Part shown: positions 27,529-35,791 of the stretch, one piece after another
How positions within the stretch are numbered: position 1 is the first letter of the stretch
Layout of the letters: every line of letters starts with the position of its first letter
Origin: an uncultured Rhizobiaceae group bacterium
Lineage (GTDB): Bacteria; Pseudomonadota; Alphaproteobacteria; Rhizobiales; Rhizobiaceae
Assembly (NCBI GenBank): GCA_937944075.1
Contig: CALDZZ010000226.1
Coordinates: 1 to 37,200, forward strand
Direction: 5' to 3'
DNA length: 37,200 nucleotides
Translations under genes and position numbers: made by a program
Notes under the pieces: model-generated
The model's database searches: none
What the model was told of the DNA's origin: nothing
What the model saw: only the letters and a program-made list of their open reading frames with translations

Positions 27529-30500
27529 TTATACTGCAATTGCCTTTAGGGTTTTAAGCAATTCAGTATCAATTCTGCCATTGACCGGCATGCCTGTCTT
27601 TCTTTGGAATGCAGCAATTGCGTCACGTGTCTTTTGACCCATTATACCGTCTGGCGTTCCGGCATTGAAGCCAACTTTTGAAAGCAGACGTTGTGTTTGC
27701 GCAATCGTTTCACGATCAATTTTAAAGGCACCAGCCACTGCTTTGGCAGTGCCCCAAGCTTCATCAATTGTTACCTCATTTGCAGCAGAAACGATTTCGA
27801 GCGGCTTCCACTCTTCCACGAGAGATTTTGCAATCTCAAGTTGATCTGGCTGAATTGCATTTTCGATAATGTCACGCTTGTTGGCTGCATCCTTGTCACC
27901 AGCCTTGGCAGCGATTGCAAACCACTTGTAGGCTTCGACCAGATTAACCTCTGTACCAAATCCCTTGGTATGGAAGATACCTGCATTCACTTGACTATCG
28001 CGCACACCATAGTCAGCTGCCTTGCCAAACCACTTGAATGCTTCATTCATGTCAGGTTCTGCAGACAATGCATTTGGCGTAGCAGTCAACACAGCAAGGT
28101 TATGCATTGCAATTATATTGCCACCCTGTGCCGCCTTCTTATACCACTCAGCTGCCTTTTCAGGATTTTTCTCAACCCCAAGACCCTTTTCATTAAAGTT
28201 TCCGATAATGTATTGAGCCGGTGCATACCCAAGATCAGCAGATGCCTCGTACCATTGAGCTGCTTTTGCCAGGTCCTTTTGAGTTCCCAGTCCGTCCGTG
28301 TAACGCTTGCCAATTTCAAACAAGGCAGCAGGGTTGCCGTTCAAGACATCCGCTTTCAAGGCGTCTGATCCAAACTCCAACTCATTTGGTAATTCGAAAT
28401 TCGAGTTTTCAGTGGTTTGAATGCTTGCGTTTTCTGCACTTACATCTGACGCCAATGAGGCTTCTTCAAAGGCTACTTCACGAACAATAGCGGTTTCATC
28501 TGTTGATGTTTCCTGTGTCGCAGTGACTGTATTTTCAGACGGTATGACAGAAGCCTGAGGCAGGTTTGCAGTGGACTGATTATCGATGATTTGTGTTTCT
28601 TCAAGAGCTGCAATCTGTGTTTCATTTCCACCAATGAACTTTGATGCAAGTGGCACTGCAAGAGCTACGAACAACAAGGCAGCAGCACCCATCACAATTG
28701 CTTTTTTGCGCTTACCGAATAGTTCAGGCAAGGAAGCGAGAAGACCCTTTTTGGTGTTTTCCTCAATCTCTTCCTCTACAGCACCAGCTTCCTGCGCCGC
28801 AGCTTGCGCAGCACGACGAGCCGCTGCAATAAAGTCTGAACCAGAACCATCGTCATCAGCACCTTTGTTTTTACGCTGATTATTTGCCTGACGAACCAAT
28901 GCAGCAAGGTCTGGCGCACCGGAGCCTGGCTCAAGTGGTGTATCATTTTTCTGATTGTAATCCATCGGAACACCGACTTCAGGAAGGCTATCCATAGCCA
29001 TTTCAGGTGTTTCAACTTCCGGTAGTATAGGCGTTTGTGGTGTCAGGTTATCCACACTCATTGCAGAAGGAATATCAGCTTCTGGTGATGATGCCTGCAT
29101 TTCAGCGTTTGCATTGGCAAGACGCGCTGCCTTGACAAGGTCACTCGCTGGCGAACTTGCTGCCTCTTGCTCTTCAACCTGCATTGCATCCTGCGCATAA
29201 TCCAATTCTGCTTCTTGTTGCAATTCTGGCTGTGCTGGAGTTTCCTGCATTGTTTCTTGTGGCATCACAGGTTCATGATTTACTGGTGCAGGCATTTCCT
29301 GCTGGGCAGCCATCAATGGGCTCGCTACCATGCTTATGTTTTGTGACTTGTCAGCCAGTCCTGCTTCAATGCCGGCAAGTTTTTGAACCATCATGTCCAG
29401 TGTTTGTGTAACCGCGCCAAAGGCTTCAATGTTTTTGGAATTATTATTCTCGGTTTCACGATTAAGGCGTGCAAGCATTTCCGACATTGAGTTCAGAGAG
29501 GATGTATCAATCTCCGATGCGTGGGCAGCCATTTGAGGCATTGCCTTGACTGACATTTTGACAGCATCTTCTGCAGCCTTAGTTGCAAGCTCTATTGTGA
29601 TATCACGATTGGCACCCAATTGTTCTTCAATGCCTGAGAGACGACTTGCAATCGGGTCGAGAGACATGGCGCCCGCAGCACCTGAAGATGTTGACAACTG
29701 GCCGGAGATTTCTGCAAGCTGTCTTTCAATTTTGCCTATGTGTTCATCAGACATGGAACTAGCTGTTGGCGCTGCCAGTTGGTCAATTGCACCTGCAATC
29801 TGCTCCAGTTGCTGCATCACAACATCACTGGATGCGTTTGTTGAAACCGGTGCTGACAAAGCATCGATTGCAGAGGATATCTGGTTCAACTGCTGTGTAA
29901 TACTATCATTTGAAACGTGATTTTGCGTCAACTCATGTGACTGGCTGATCTGGTCAACCAATGCGTCCATACGCTTGAGCAAGGCATTGTTTTCCTCACT
30001 CGGAATTGTCGTTTGGGTTGAGACAGACGAGAGATTTTCAAGCTTTTGTGACAACACGCTGATCTGGTTTTCCATGCCACTCATATCAGGCGTTGAGGAA
30101 CTCAAGAGTGCAGACATGTCAGACAATTTTGCTTCAAGCTTTTGGAAGTCAGCCTGCGGAGCTTCAGGAAGTGTCACATTAAAATTGTCAAACTTGTCAG
30201 ACAGTGCATTCAGTTTGGTTTCGAAACCACTTAGGTCAGGCGTGGCTGCATTAAGCAAACCGGAAATATCAGACAGTTTTGCTTCAAGTCTTTGAAAGCT
30301 TTCGCTGTCATCACTTGTTTGTGGCGCACCCATTGCATCAATTGTTTTTGCAACATCCGAAACACGTGCTTCAATCCGCTCAAGATTGTTTATGCTGTCA
30401 TCTTCAAGTGACAAGGCAACGACTGCGCGGGTTATTTCCTCAAGCCGCATTTCAATATTTGCATATTCCTGACTGGGACCCTCGGAAAGGGCCGAAGCGC

Positions 30501-31479
30501 CCTTGTCTTGTCCGGCCTCAGCCATGGCACTTTGAATTTCCAGCACCTGTTGGGATAGTTCGCGGTGATTATTTTCAATGGCGCTGATGTAAAGATCATG
30601 CTGTGCTATGGCTGTCTGCAAGGCATTATGCATATCATCCAGACGCTTGGTGATATCGTCGTGGCTTACTTCTAGCGTTTGAGCATAATGATTTGGATTA
30701 TTGAGCGAAGTGTCTATGACTTCCTTCATCTGCACGATTTGTTGTGACAAATCCTTGTGGCTAGCCTCAATAGCAGAAGAGAACATGGACGTATCTATGG
30801 CTGCGCCCTGAGAGCTTTCAAGCTGCTGCATGATTGCCTGATAATTCGCGTTCAGGGTCTGCTGGATTTGTTGTAATTCTGCTTGTGAACCGTCTGATGA
30901 AGCAACATTTGTGATGGCTGCTTTCAATCCCTGCAGTTCATTATTGATATGATTGTAATGCTGCTTGAGAATTTCACTCTGCTGAAGTGCAATATTGTGA
31001 CTTTCCTTGGTAGCTGCATTGGCGCCGTTGACGGCATTCAGCTTTGCGCTCATCGCTTCTAGTGAGGATTTGATGTTATCAAGCTGCGTGTTGGATGCAA
31101 AGCTGTCGTTCATCATCTGCATCTGATCCATTACCGGATTTGCATATGACTGTTGTTGATAAGCCTGAGGCGCCCCGGGTTGCATGAATGCATTGGGTGC
31201 CGTTTGCTGTGGCTCAAAATATTGAGGCTGCATCTGTTGCTGTGGTGGCTGTTGAAAGCCCATGCTTTGAACCGGCTGCGGGAAGCCCTGATTTTGAAAA
31301 GGGTCATTAAACGGTTGCATGCCAGGATGGTGCGGTTGTTGCTGCAACTGATTCAGCCTTTGCTGGATCTGATCAACCTCGTTACCCATGGCGAATCCAC
31401 TTTGTGGATTTAACATGCCAGCCTGGTTGCCCTGCTGGTGTTGCGTAATCTTGCTTAATTGTGATCTTGCCCTGCGCAT
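27529..31479 (-). CDS. podJ: PodJ-like polar organising factor: Q/P-rich N-terminus, long coiled-coil/repeat cytoplasmic region, one TM, periplasmic Sel1 repeats and a C-terminal peptidoglycan-binding domain (1316 aa)
   Basis: TM AIVMGAAALLFVALAVPLASKFI at 28633-28701. Sel1-like repeats (AALFEIGKRYTDGLGTQKDLAKAAQWYEASADLGYAPAQY..., EKAAEWYKKAAQGGNIIAMHNLA, NEAFKWFGKAADYG, VEAYKWFAIAAKAGD) at about 27880-28335. PG_binding_1-like tail (IAQTQRLLSKVGFNAGTPDGIMGQKTRDAIAAFQRKTGMPVNGRID) at about 27538-27720. The domain order matches Caulobacter/Agrobacterium PodJ. Confidence 0.68.
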   Translation of the reverse strand: MRRARSQLSKITQHQQGNQAGMLNPQSGFAMGNEVDQIQQRLNQLQQQPHHPGMQPFNDPFQNQGFPQPVQSMGFQQPPQQQMQPQYFEPQQTAPNAFMQPGAPQAYQQQSYANPVMDQMQMMNDSFASNTQLDNIKSSLEAMSAKLNAVNGANAATKESHNIALQQSEILKQHYNHINNELQGLKAAITNVASSDGSQAELQQIQQTLNANYQAIMQQLESSQGAAIDTSMFSSAIEASHKDLSQQIVQMKEVIDTSLNNPNHYAQTLEVSHDDITKRLDDMHNALQTAIAQHDLYISAIENNHRELSQQVLEIQSAMAEAGQDKGASALSEGPSQEYANIEMRLEEITRAVVALSLEDDSINNLERIEARVSDVAKTIDAMGAPQTSDDSESFQRLEAKLSDISGLLNAATPDLSGFETKLNALSDKFDNFNVTLPEAPQADFQKLEAKLSDMSALLSSSTPDMSGMENQISVLSQKLENLSSVSTQTTIPSEENNALLKRMDALVDQISQSHELTQNHVSNDSITQQLNQISSAIDALSAPVSTNASSDVVMQQLEQIAGAIDQLAAPTASSMSDEHIGKIERQLAEISGQLSTSSGAAGAMSLDPIASRLSGIEEQLGANRDITIELATKAAEDAVKMSVKAMPQMAAHASEIDTSSLNSMSEMLARLNRETENNNSKNIEAFGAVTQTLDMMVQKLAGIEAGLADKSQNISMVASPLMAAQQEMPAPVNHEPVMPQETMQETPAQPELQQEAELDYAQDAMQVEEQEAASSPASDLVKAARLANANAEMQASSPEADIPSAMSVDNLTPQTPILPEVETPEMAMDSLPEVGVPMDYNQKNDTPLEPGSGAPDLAALVRQANNQRKNKGADDDGSGSDFIAAARRAAQAAAQEAGAVEEEIEENTKKGLLASLPELFGKRKKAIVMGAAALLFVALAVPLASKFIGGNETQIAALEETQIIDNQSTANLPQASVIPSENTVTATQETSTDETAIVREVAFEEASLASDVSAENASIQTTENSNFELPNELEFGSDALKADVLNGNPAALFEIGKRYTDGLGTQKDLAKAAQWYEASADLGYAPAQYIIGNFNEKGLGVEKNPEKAAEWYKKAAQGGNIIAMHNLAVLTATPNALSAEPDMNEAFKWFGKAADYGVRDSQVNAGIFHTKGFGTEVNLVEAYKWFAIAAKAGDKDAANKRDIIENAIQPDQLEIAKSLVEEWKPLEIVSAANEVTIDEAWGTAKAVAGAFKIDRETIAQTQRLLSKVGFNAGTPDGIMGQKTRDAIAAFQRKTGMPVNGRIDTELLKTLKAIAV
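29602..29901 (-). repeat. Series of about 27-aa helical repeats inside the PodJ-like CDS
   Basis: ITQQLNQISSAIDALSAPVSTNASSD, then VMQQLEQIAGAIDQLAAPTASSMSDE, then IGKIERQLAEISGQLSTSSGAAG, then IASRLSGIEEQLGANRD. Confidence 0.6.
29998..30297 (-). repeat. Tandem 150-bp (50-aa) duplication inside the PodJ-like CDS
   Basis: FQRLEAKLSDISGLLNAATPDLSGFETKLNALSDKFDNF... is followed by FQKLEAKLSDMSALLSSSTPDMSGMENQISVLSQKLENL.... The DNA match is visible on the plus strand as atgtcagacaattttgcttcaag (from 30116) and atatcagacagttttgcttcaag (from 30266), exactly 150 bp apart. Confidence 0.85.
31144..31362 (-). repeat. Gln/Pro-rich low-complexity segment of the PodJ-like protein (residues about 40-112)
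   Basis: Translation QQRLNQLQQQPHHPGMQPFNDPFQNQGFPQPVQSMGFQQPPQQQMQPQYFEPQQ... Confidence 0.8.
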
Positions 31480-31511
31480 TAGCGTTAGCCTGTTCTTTGA
31501 ATATTATTGTT

Positions 31512-31533
31512 GATTCTGACAAATAAACGAATC
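31512..31533. promoter_or_regulatory. Two GANTC (CcrM-type methylation) motifs 33-54 bp upstream of the PodJ-like start
   Basis: GATTC at 31512-31516 and GAATC at 31529-31533. They are the only two GANTC sites in the about 300-bp AT-rich divergent intergenic region. Confidence 0.3.
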
Positions 31534-31781
31534 TCTTCAAACCAAGCTTTTGCAAAACAGGGTAAACAATGCGTTAATCTTAATTAATTGTTGTCATTTT
31601 TTATTAATATTTTTATCAGCTCCAACCTGCCTGTCAGGCGGCAAATGATAGCAATGCAAATGTGACTAAAGGCTGTTTAGAAGCTTTTGTTCATCTTGAA
31701 AAAAAATATTAGTGTGTTAATCATGCTGAACAATAATTGATATTTCAATCAATTTCCGTGGCTGGAAAAATAGGAATTAGC

Positions 31782-32219
31782 ATGGGCGATATTAATGCTC
31801 AGGTAATGTTGGAGCGTCTTGCAGAGAGCTTTGCTGATGACACACCTGAAACAAAGGAAATTTACAGAATTGGTGATTTGGCGCGTGAATTTGACGTTAG
31901 CCTCAGAACACTTCGGTTTTATGAAGATCGCGGCCTCATAAGTCCAAAGCGCTCCGGATCGACGCGTCTTTATTCCAATGAAGACAGAAAGCGCCTGAAG
32001 ATAATCATTTTGACCAAAAATGTAGGTTTTTCACTACTTGATATCGAGGCTCTTCTAAAAGTCTATGACGGTGGTGAAAGCAAGCGGGATATTTCCTACC
32101 TCACTGACAAGTTCAAGGAACAGGCCTCTCGGCTTGATGCTCAAAAAAATGAGATACAGCAATCCATCAATGAACTGGCCAGGGCAATCACATTCATGGA
32201 AGACTTGGCGGCCAGCTAA
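31782..32219 (+). CDS. MerR-family transcriptional regulator (LiuR-like context)
   Basis: HTH IYRIGDLAREFDVSLRTLRFYEDRGLISPKR followed by a coiled-coil dimerisation helix. The ATG at 31782 is preferred over the TTG at 31737. Lies upstream of acyl-CoA dehydrogenase genes. Confidence 0.85.
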   Translation: MGDINAQVMLERLAESFADDTPETKEIYRIGDLAREFDVSLRTLRFYEDRGLISPKRSGSTRLYSNEDRKRLKIIILTKNVGFSLLDIEALLKVYDGGESKRDISYLTDKFKEQASRLDAQKNEIQQSINELARAITFMEDLAAS

Positions 32220-32276
32220 ATTTCAAGCATAATCAAAAATACTTGAGAATGATTTGACAATATGCTTTGAAAAATA

Positions 32277-32292
32277 TTGACGCTTACGTCAA
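32277..32292. promoter_or_regulatory. Perfect inverted repeat TTGACG-CTTA-CGTCAA between the MerR gene and the acyl-CoA dehydrogenase operon; candidate operator. A TTGACA hexamer lies at 32254-32259.
   Basis: Read directly from the sequence. 128-143 bp upstream of the dehydrogenase ATG (32420). Confidence 0.45.
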
Positions 32293-32419
32293 AGTAATAT
32301 TTATTTACAATCATTATCAAAATGTGCAAAGCTTGTATCTGAAAAATGCAAGACACATATGTTTTGAAAGGTGACCACGCTGTTAAAGCGTCCCGTTGAG
32401 ATTGTTTGAGGAGACAATT

Positions 32420-34216
32420 ATGCCAAGTTATTCAGCCCCCATACAAGACACATTGTATATACTAAACGATATTCTGAATATTGATCGCTACAATAACCTT
32501 CCCGGATTTGAAGAAGCAACTCCGGACATGATTGAAGCCATTCTCGGTGAAGCTGCCAAGTTGAGCGAAGAAGTGCTTCAACCAATCAACTTCTCAGGCG
32601 ACCGTGAAGGTTGTATCAGACATGAAGATGCCTCGGTAACAACGCCAAAAGGCTTCAAGGAAGCTTATCAAACCTACAAGGAAGGCGGCTGGATGGGCTT
32701 GCCGGCTGACCCAGAATATGGCGGCCAAGGGCTTCCCTATACCCTTCATACAGCGGTTGGTGAATATCTTTCATCTGCAAATCAGGCATTTGCCATGTAT
32801 CCTGGCCTTACCCAGGGAGCGATTGCCGCCATGCAGGTACATGCATCTGATGAAATAAAGCAGAAATATCTACCGAAAATGATTGATGGTACCTGGACAG
32901 GCACCATGAACCTGACAGAGCCGCATTGTGGTACAGATCTTGGCATGTTGCGCACCAAGGCTGCTCCGGTTGGCGATGGCTCCTATAAAATCTCGGGTCA
33001 GAAGATTTTTATCTCAGCTGGTGAACACGATCTGGCAGAAAACATCATTCACCTGGTCCTTGCCAGAATTGAAGGCGCGCCTGAAGGCACCAAGGGCATT
33101 TCGCTTTTTGTTGTGCCTAAGTTCAAGGTGAATGATGATGGTACAATTGGCGAGGCCAATGGTGTTTCCTGCGGATCCATTGAAGAGAAAATGGGCATTC
33201 ATGCCAATTCAACCTGTGTTCTCAACCATGATGAAGCCATTGGCTACCTGATTGGTGAAGAAAACAAGGGGCTGAAAGCCATGTTCATCATGATGAACGA
33301 AGCTCGTCTCGGCGTGGGTCTTCAAGGTCTTGCGCAATCCGAAGTTGCTTATCAAAATGCAGCTATCTATGCAAAAGAACGCATTCAGGGTCGTGCGCTG
33401 GATGGTGCAAAACAACCGGACAAGAAAGCAGACCCGCTTCTGGTTCACCCGGATGTGCGTCGTATGTTGATGAACATCAAGTCCTTTAACGAGGCTGCGC
33501 GCGCCCTTATGCTTTGGACTGCGCTAAAAGGTGATATTTCTCACCGCGCCACCTCTGATGAAGAACGCGAAGCAGCAGACGACTTGATGGGATTGCTGAC
33601 ACCAATCATCAAGGGTGTGCTGACTGACAAGGGTTTTGAAAACTGTGTCAACGCCCAACAGGTCTTTGGCGGCCATGGTTATGTTGAAGAATGGGGCATG
33701 AGCCAGTTTGTGCGTGATGCCCGTATTGCCCAGATTTATGAAGGTGCAAATGGCGTTCAGGCCCTCGATCTTGTTGGCCGCAAACTGCCGGCAAACGGTG
33801 GACGCGCCATGCGTGCCTTTATGGAAGAGGTCAATGGCTTTACCAAGAAACACATGGATAATGAAGCCATGCAACCTTACACGAAGCCCTTGCGGGACAG
33901 CGTAAAGAAACTTGAAGCATCCACCATGTGGCTGATGCAAAATGGCATGCAAAATCCGAATAATGCTGGTGCTGCATCCATGGACTTCATGCACCTGTTT
34001 GGCCTTGTAGCACTTGGCTACATGTGGGGTCTGATGGCAGAAAAGTCCCAGGAAGCACTCAAGGAAGGTGCCAATGGCTCAACCGAGTTCCATGAAAACA
34101 AGCTGATGACTGCTCGTTATTTCATGGAGCGGGTCATGCCGGAATCGGCTGCCCATCTTGCAAGGATTGAAAGTGGGTGCGAAAGCATGATGTCACTGGA
34201 AGCTGAAGCGTTTTAA
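32420..34216 (+). CDS. Long-form acyl-CoA dehydrogenase (about 598 aa, with C-terminal extension domain)
   Basis: [22 protein letters not shown] and [34 protein letters not shown] motifs. The ATG at 32420 is preceded by GAGGAG. Confidence 0.9.
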   Translation: MPSYSAPIQDTLYILNDILNIDRYNNLPGFEEATPDMIEAILGEAAKLSEEVLQPINFSGDREGCIRHEDASVTTPKGFKEAYQTYKEGGWMGLPADPEYGGQGLPYTLHTAVGEYLSSANQAFAMYPGLTQGAIAAMQVHASDEIKQKYLPKMIDGTWTGTMNLTEPHCGTDLGMLRTKAAPVGDGSYKISGQKIFISAGEHDLAENIIHLVLARIEGAPEGTKGISLFVVPKFKVNDDGTIGEANGVSCGSIEEKMGIHANSTCVLNHDEAIGYLIGEENKGLKAMFIMMNEARLGVGLQGLAQSEVAYQNAAIYAKERIQGRALDGAKQPDKKADPLLVHPDVRRMLMNIKSFNEAARALMLWTALKGDISHRATSDEEREAADDLMGLLTPIIKGVLTDKGFENCVNAQQVFGGHGYVEEWGMSQFVRDARIAQIYEGANGVQALDLVGRKLPANGGRAMRAFMEEVNGFTKKHMDNEAMQPYTKPLRDSVKKLEASTMWLMQNGMQNPNNAGAASMDFMHLFGLVALGYMWGLMAEKSQEALKEGANGSTEFHENKLMTARYFMERVMPESAAHLARIESGCESMMSLEAEAF

Positions 34217-34249
34217 GGCGCGTTACTCGTCTCGCCACAGGTTTTACCA

Positions 34250-35419
34250 ATGACAACGCCACAAGAAGTCCTCAATTCCCCTACTCCGCCATGGCATGAT
34301 GAAGACTATGCCATGGTCAGGGAGATGGCTGGGCGTTTCATGGAGAGCGAGATTGCTCCCAATTATGATCAGTACGAAAAAGAAGAAATTGTCCCGCGTT
34401 CGGATTGGGAAAAAGCGGGTGCAAGTGGTTTATTATGTGCCTCAGCGCCTGAGGAATTTGGTGGCGGAGGGGCATCTTATGCCCAGGAAGCTGCCATCAT
34501 CGAAGCCATTGCACATAATGGTGTCGATGGATTCGGCATAGCGCTTCATTCTGCAATTGTTGCGCCCTACATTTCCGACTTTGGAACACAAGAGCAAAAA
34601 CAGCGCTGGTTACCCCGCCTTGCTACCGGCGAATTGATTGGTGCGATAGCGATGACAGAACCCGGTACCGGTTCTGATCTCCAAGGCATAAAAACCACAG
34701 CCGTCAAGGATGGCAACCAGTATAAAATCAATGGTTCTAAAACCTTCATCACCAACGGGCAAAATGCCAATCTCATCATCGTAGTTGCAAAGACTGACCC
34801 GTCCGCAGGTGCAAAGGGCACCTCTCTCATGATCGTTGAAACCGATGAAGTGGAAGGCTTTGAGCGTGGGCGCAACCTTGACAAAATCGGTTACAAGGCA
34901 AACGACACATCAGAACTGTTTTTCAATGATGTTAAAGTACCAACCGCCAATCTTCTGGGTGATACGGAAGGTCAGGGTTTTTTCCAGTTGATGAACCAAT
35001 TACCGCAAGAACGGCTGATCATCGCAAACCAGGCCATGGGTTCCATTGAGCTGGCGCTTTCAATTACCATTGATTATGTGAAAGAACGCAAGGCCTTTGG
35101 AAAGGCAATCATCGATTTTCAAAACACGCAATTCAAACTTGCTGAACTCAAATCCGAAGCCACGATGGCGAAGGCTTTTGTCAACCAATGTGTTGGCCAA
35201 CACCTGAAAGGCGAGCTTGATACGGCAACAGCGTCCATGGCGAAATATCTACTGACAGATCTGCAAGGCAAGGTGATGGATGAATGCCTGCAACTGTTTG
35301 GCGGTTATGGCTTCATGAATGAATACCCGATTGCCAGGCTTTTTCGCGATGCCCGCGTTCAACGCATTTATGGTGGTACAAATGAGATCATGAAGGTTCT
35401 CATTTCCCGCACACTCTAG
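34250..35419 (+). CDS. Acyl-CoA dehydrogenase (389 aa, classical medium/short-chain type)
   Basis: MTEPGTGSDL, GSKTFITNG and QLFGGYGFMNEYPIARLFRDARVQRIYGGTNEIM motifs. Confidence 0.92.
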   Translation: MTTPQEVLNSPTPPWHDEDYAMVREMAGRFMESEIAPNYDQYEKEEIVPRSDWEKAGASGLLCASAPEEFGGGGASYAQEAAIIEAIAHNGVDGFGIALHSAIVAPYISDFGTQEQKQRWLPRLATGELIGAIAMTEPGTGSDLQGIKTTAVKDGNQYKINGSKTFITNGQNANLIIVVAKTDPSAGAKGTSLMIVETDEVEGFERGRNLDKIGYKANDTSELFFNDVKVPTANLLGDTEGQGFFQLMNQLPQERLIIANQAMGSIELALSITIDYVKERKAFGKAIIDFQNTQFKLAELKSEATMAKAFVNQCVGQHLKGELDTATASMAKYLLTDLQGKVMDECLQLFGGYGFMNEYPIARLFRDARVQRIYGGTNEIMKVLISRTL

Positions 35420-35433
35420 AACTGGAATACAAA

Positions 35434-35745
35434 ATGCCCAAAGGATATTGGATTGCCCATGTTACAGCAGAAGATGCTGACAGCTTTACCAGTGAAGCCT
35501 ATCAAGCATATGTGGCTGGTGCACGACCCATGTTTGAACAATACAACGGGAAGTTTTTGGCCCGAGGCGGTGATTTTGTTCAAGTCGAAGGGAATGATCT
35601 CGGATCCCGTCATGTGGTGATCGAATTTGCATCACTGGAAGATGCAAAGTCATGCTACAACAGCAAAACGTATCAGGATGCAAAGAAACACAGAACTGCC
35701 ATCTCTAACGCAAGCATTGTTTTGCTTGAAGGATTTGATGGATAA
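35434..35745 (+). CDS. DUF1330 family protein
   Basis: MPKGYWIAHVTAEDADSF...GKFLARGG...VVIEFASLEDAKSCYNSKTYQDA is a typical DUF1330 (dimeric alpha/beta barrel) sequence; 103 aa. Confidence 0.8.
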   Translation: MPKGYWIAHVTAEDADSFTSEAYQAYVAGARPMFEQYNGKFLARGGDFVQVEGNDLGSRHVVIEFASLEDAKSCYNSKTYQDAKKHRTAISNASIVLLEGFDG

Positions 35746-35791
35746 CCGAAATTGAATAGCCAACCCTATTGCCAACCTCTGGAGATACCCA

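Noticed and set aside
27691-28368. 225-aa ORF antisense to the Sel1/PG-binding part of the PodJ-like gene
   Set aside because: Cys/Leu/Phe-rich nonsense-like translation. The opposite frame encodes clear Sel1 and peptidoglycan-binding motifs.
27529-31479. The idea that the 1316-aa repeat protein is the substrate of the nearby T1SS
   Set aside because: It has an internal TM segment and a periplasmic PG-binding tail, lacks GGxGxD RTX repeats and an acidic unstructured C-terminal signal, and lies 19 kb away on an unrelated operon.
31574-31587. Possible CtrA box (TTAA-N7-TTAA) upstream of the PodJ-like gene
   Set aside because: The TTAA repeats here are spaced N6 or N0, not N7. In such AT-rich DNA, TTAA clusters are expected by chance.
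31629-31639. 11-bp palindrome GCCTGTCAGGC in the PodJ-like/MerR intergenic region
   Set aside because: Too short and with a 1-nt centre, so it cannot form a hairpin. There is no second copy and no regulator to assign it to.
33524-33994. 156-aa ORF antisense to the long acyl-CoA dehydrogenase
   Set aside because: Shadow ORF. The sense frame carries canonical acyl-CoA dehydrogenase motifs.
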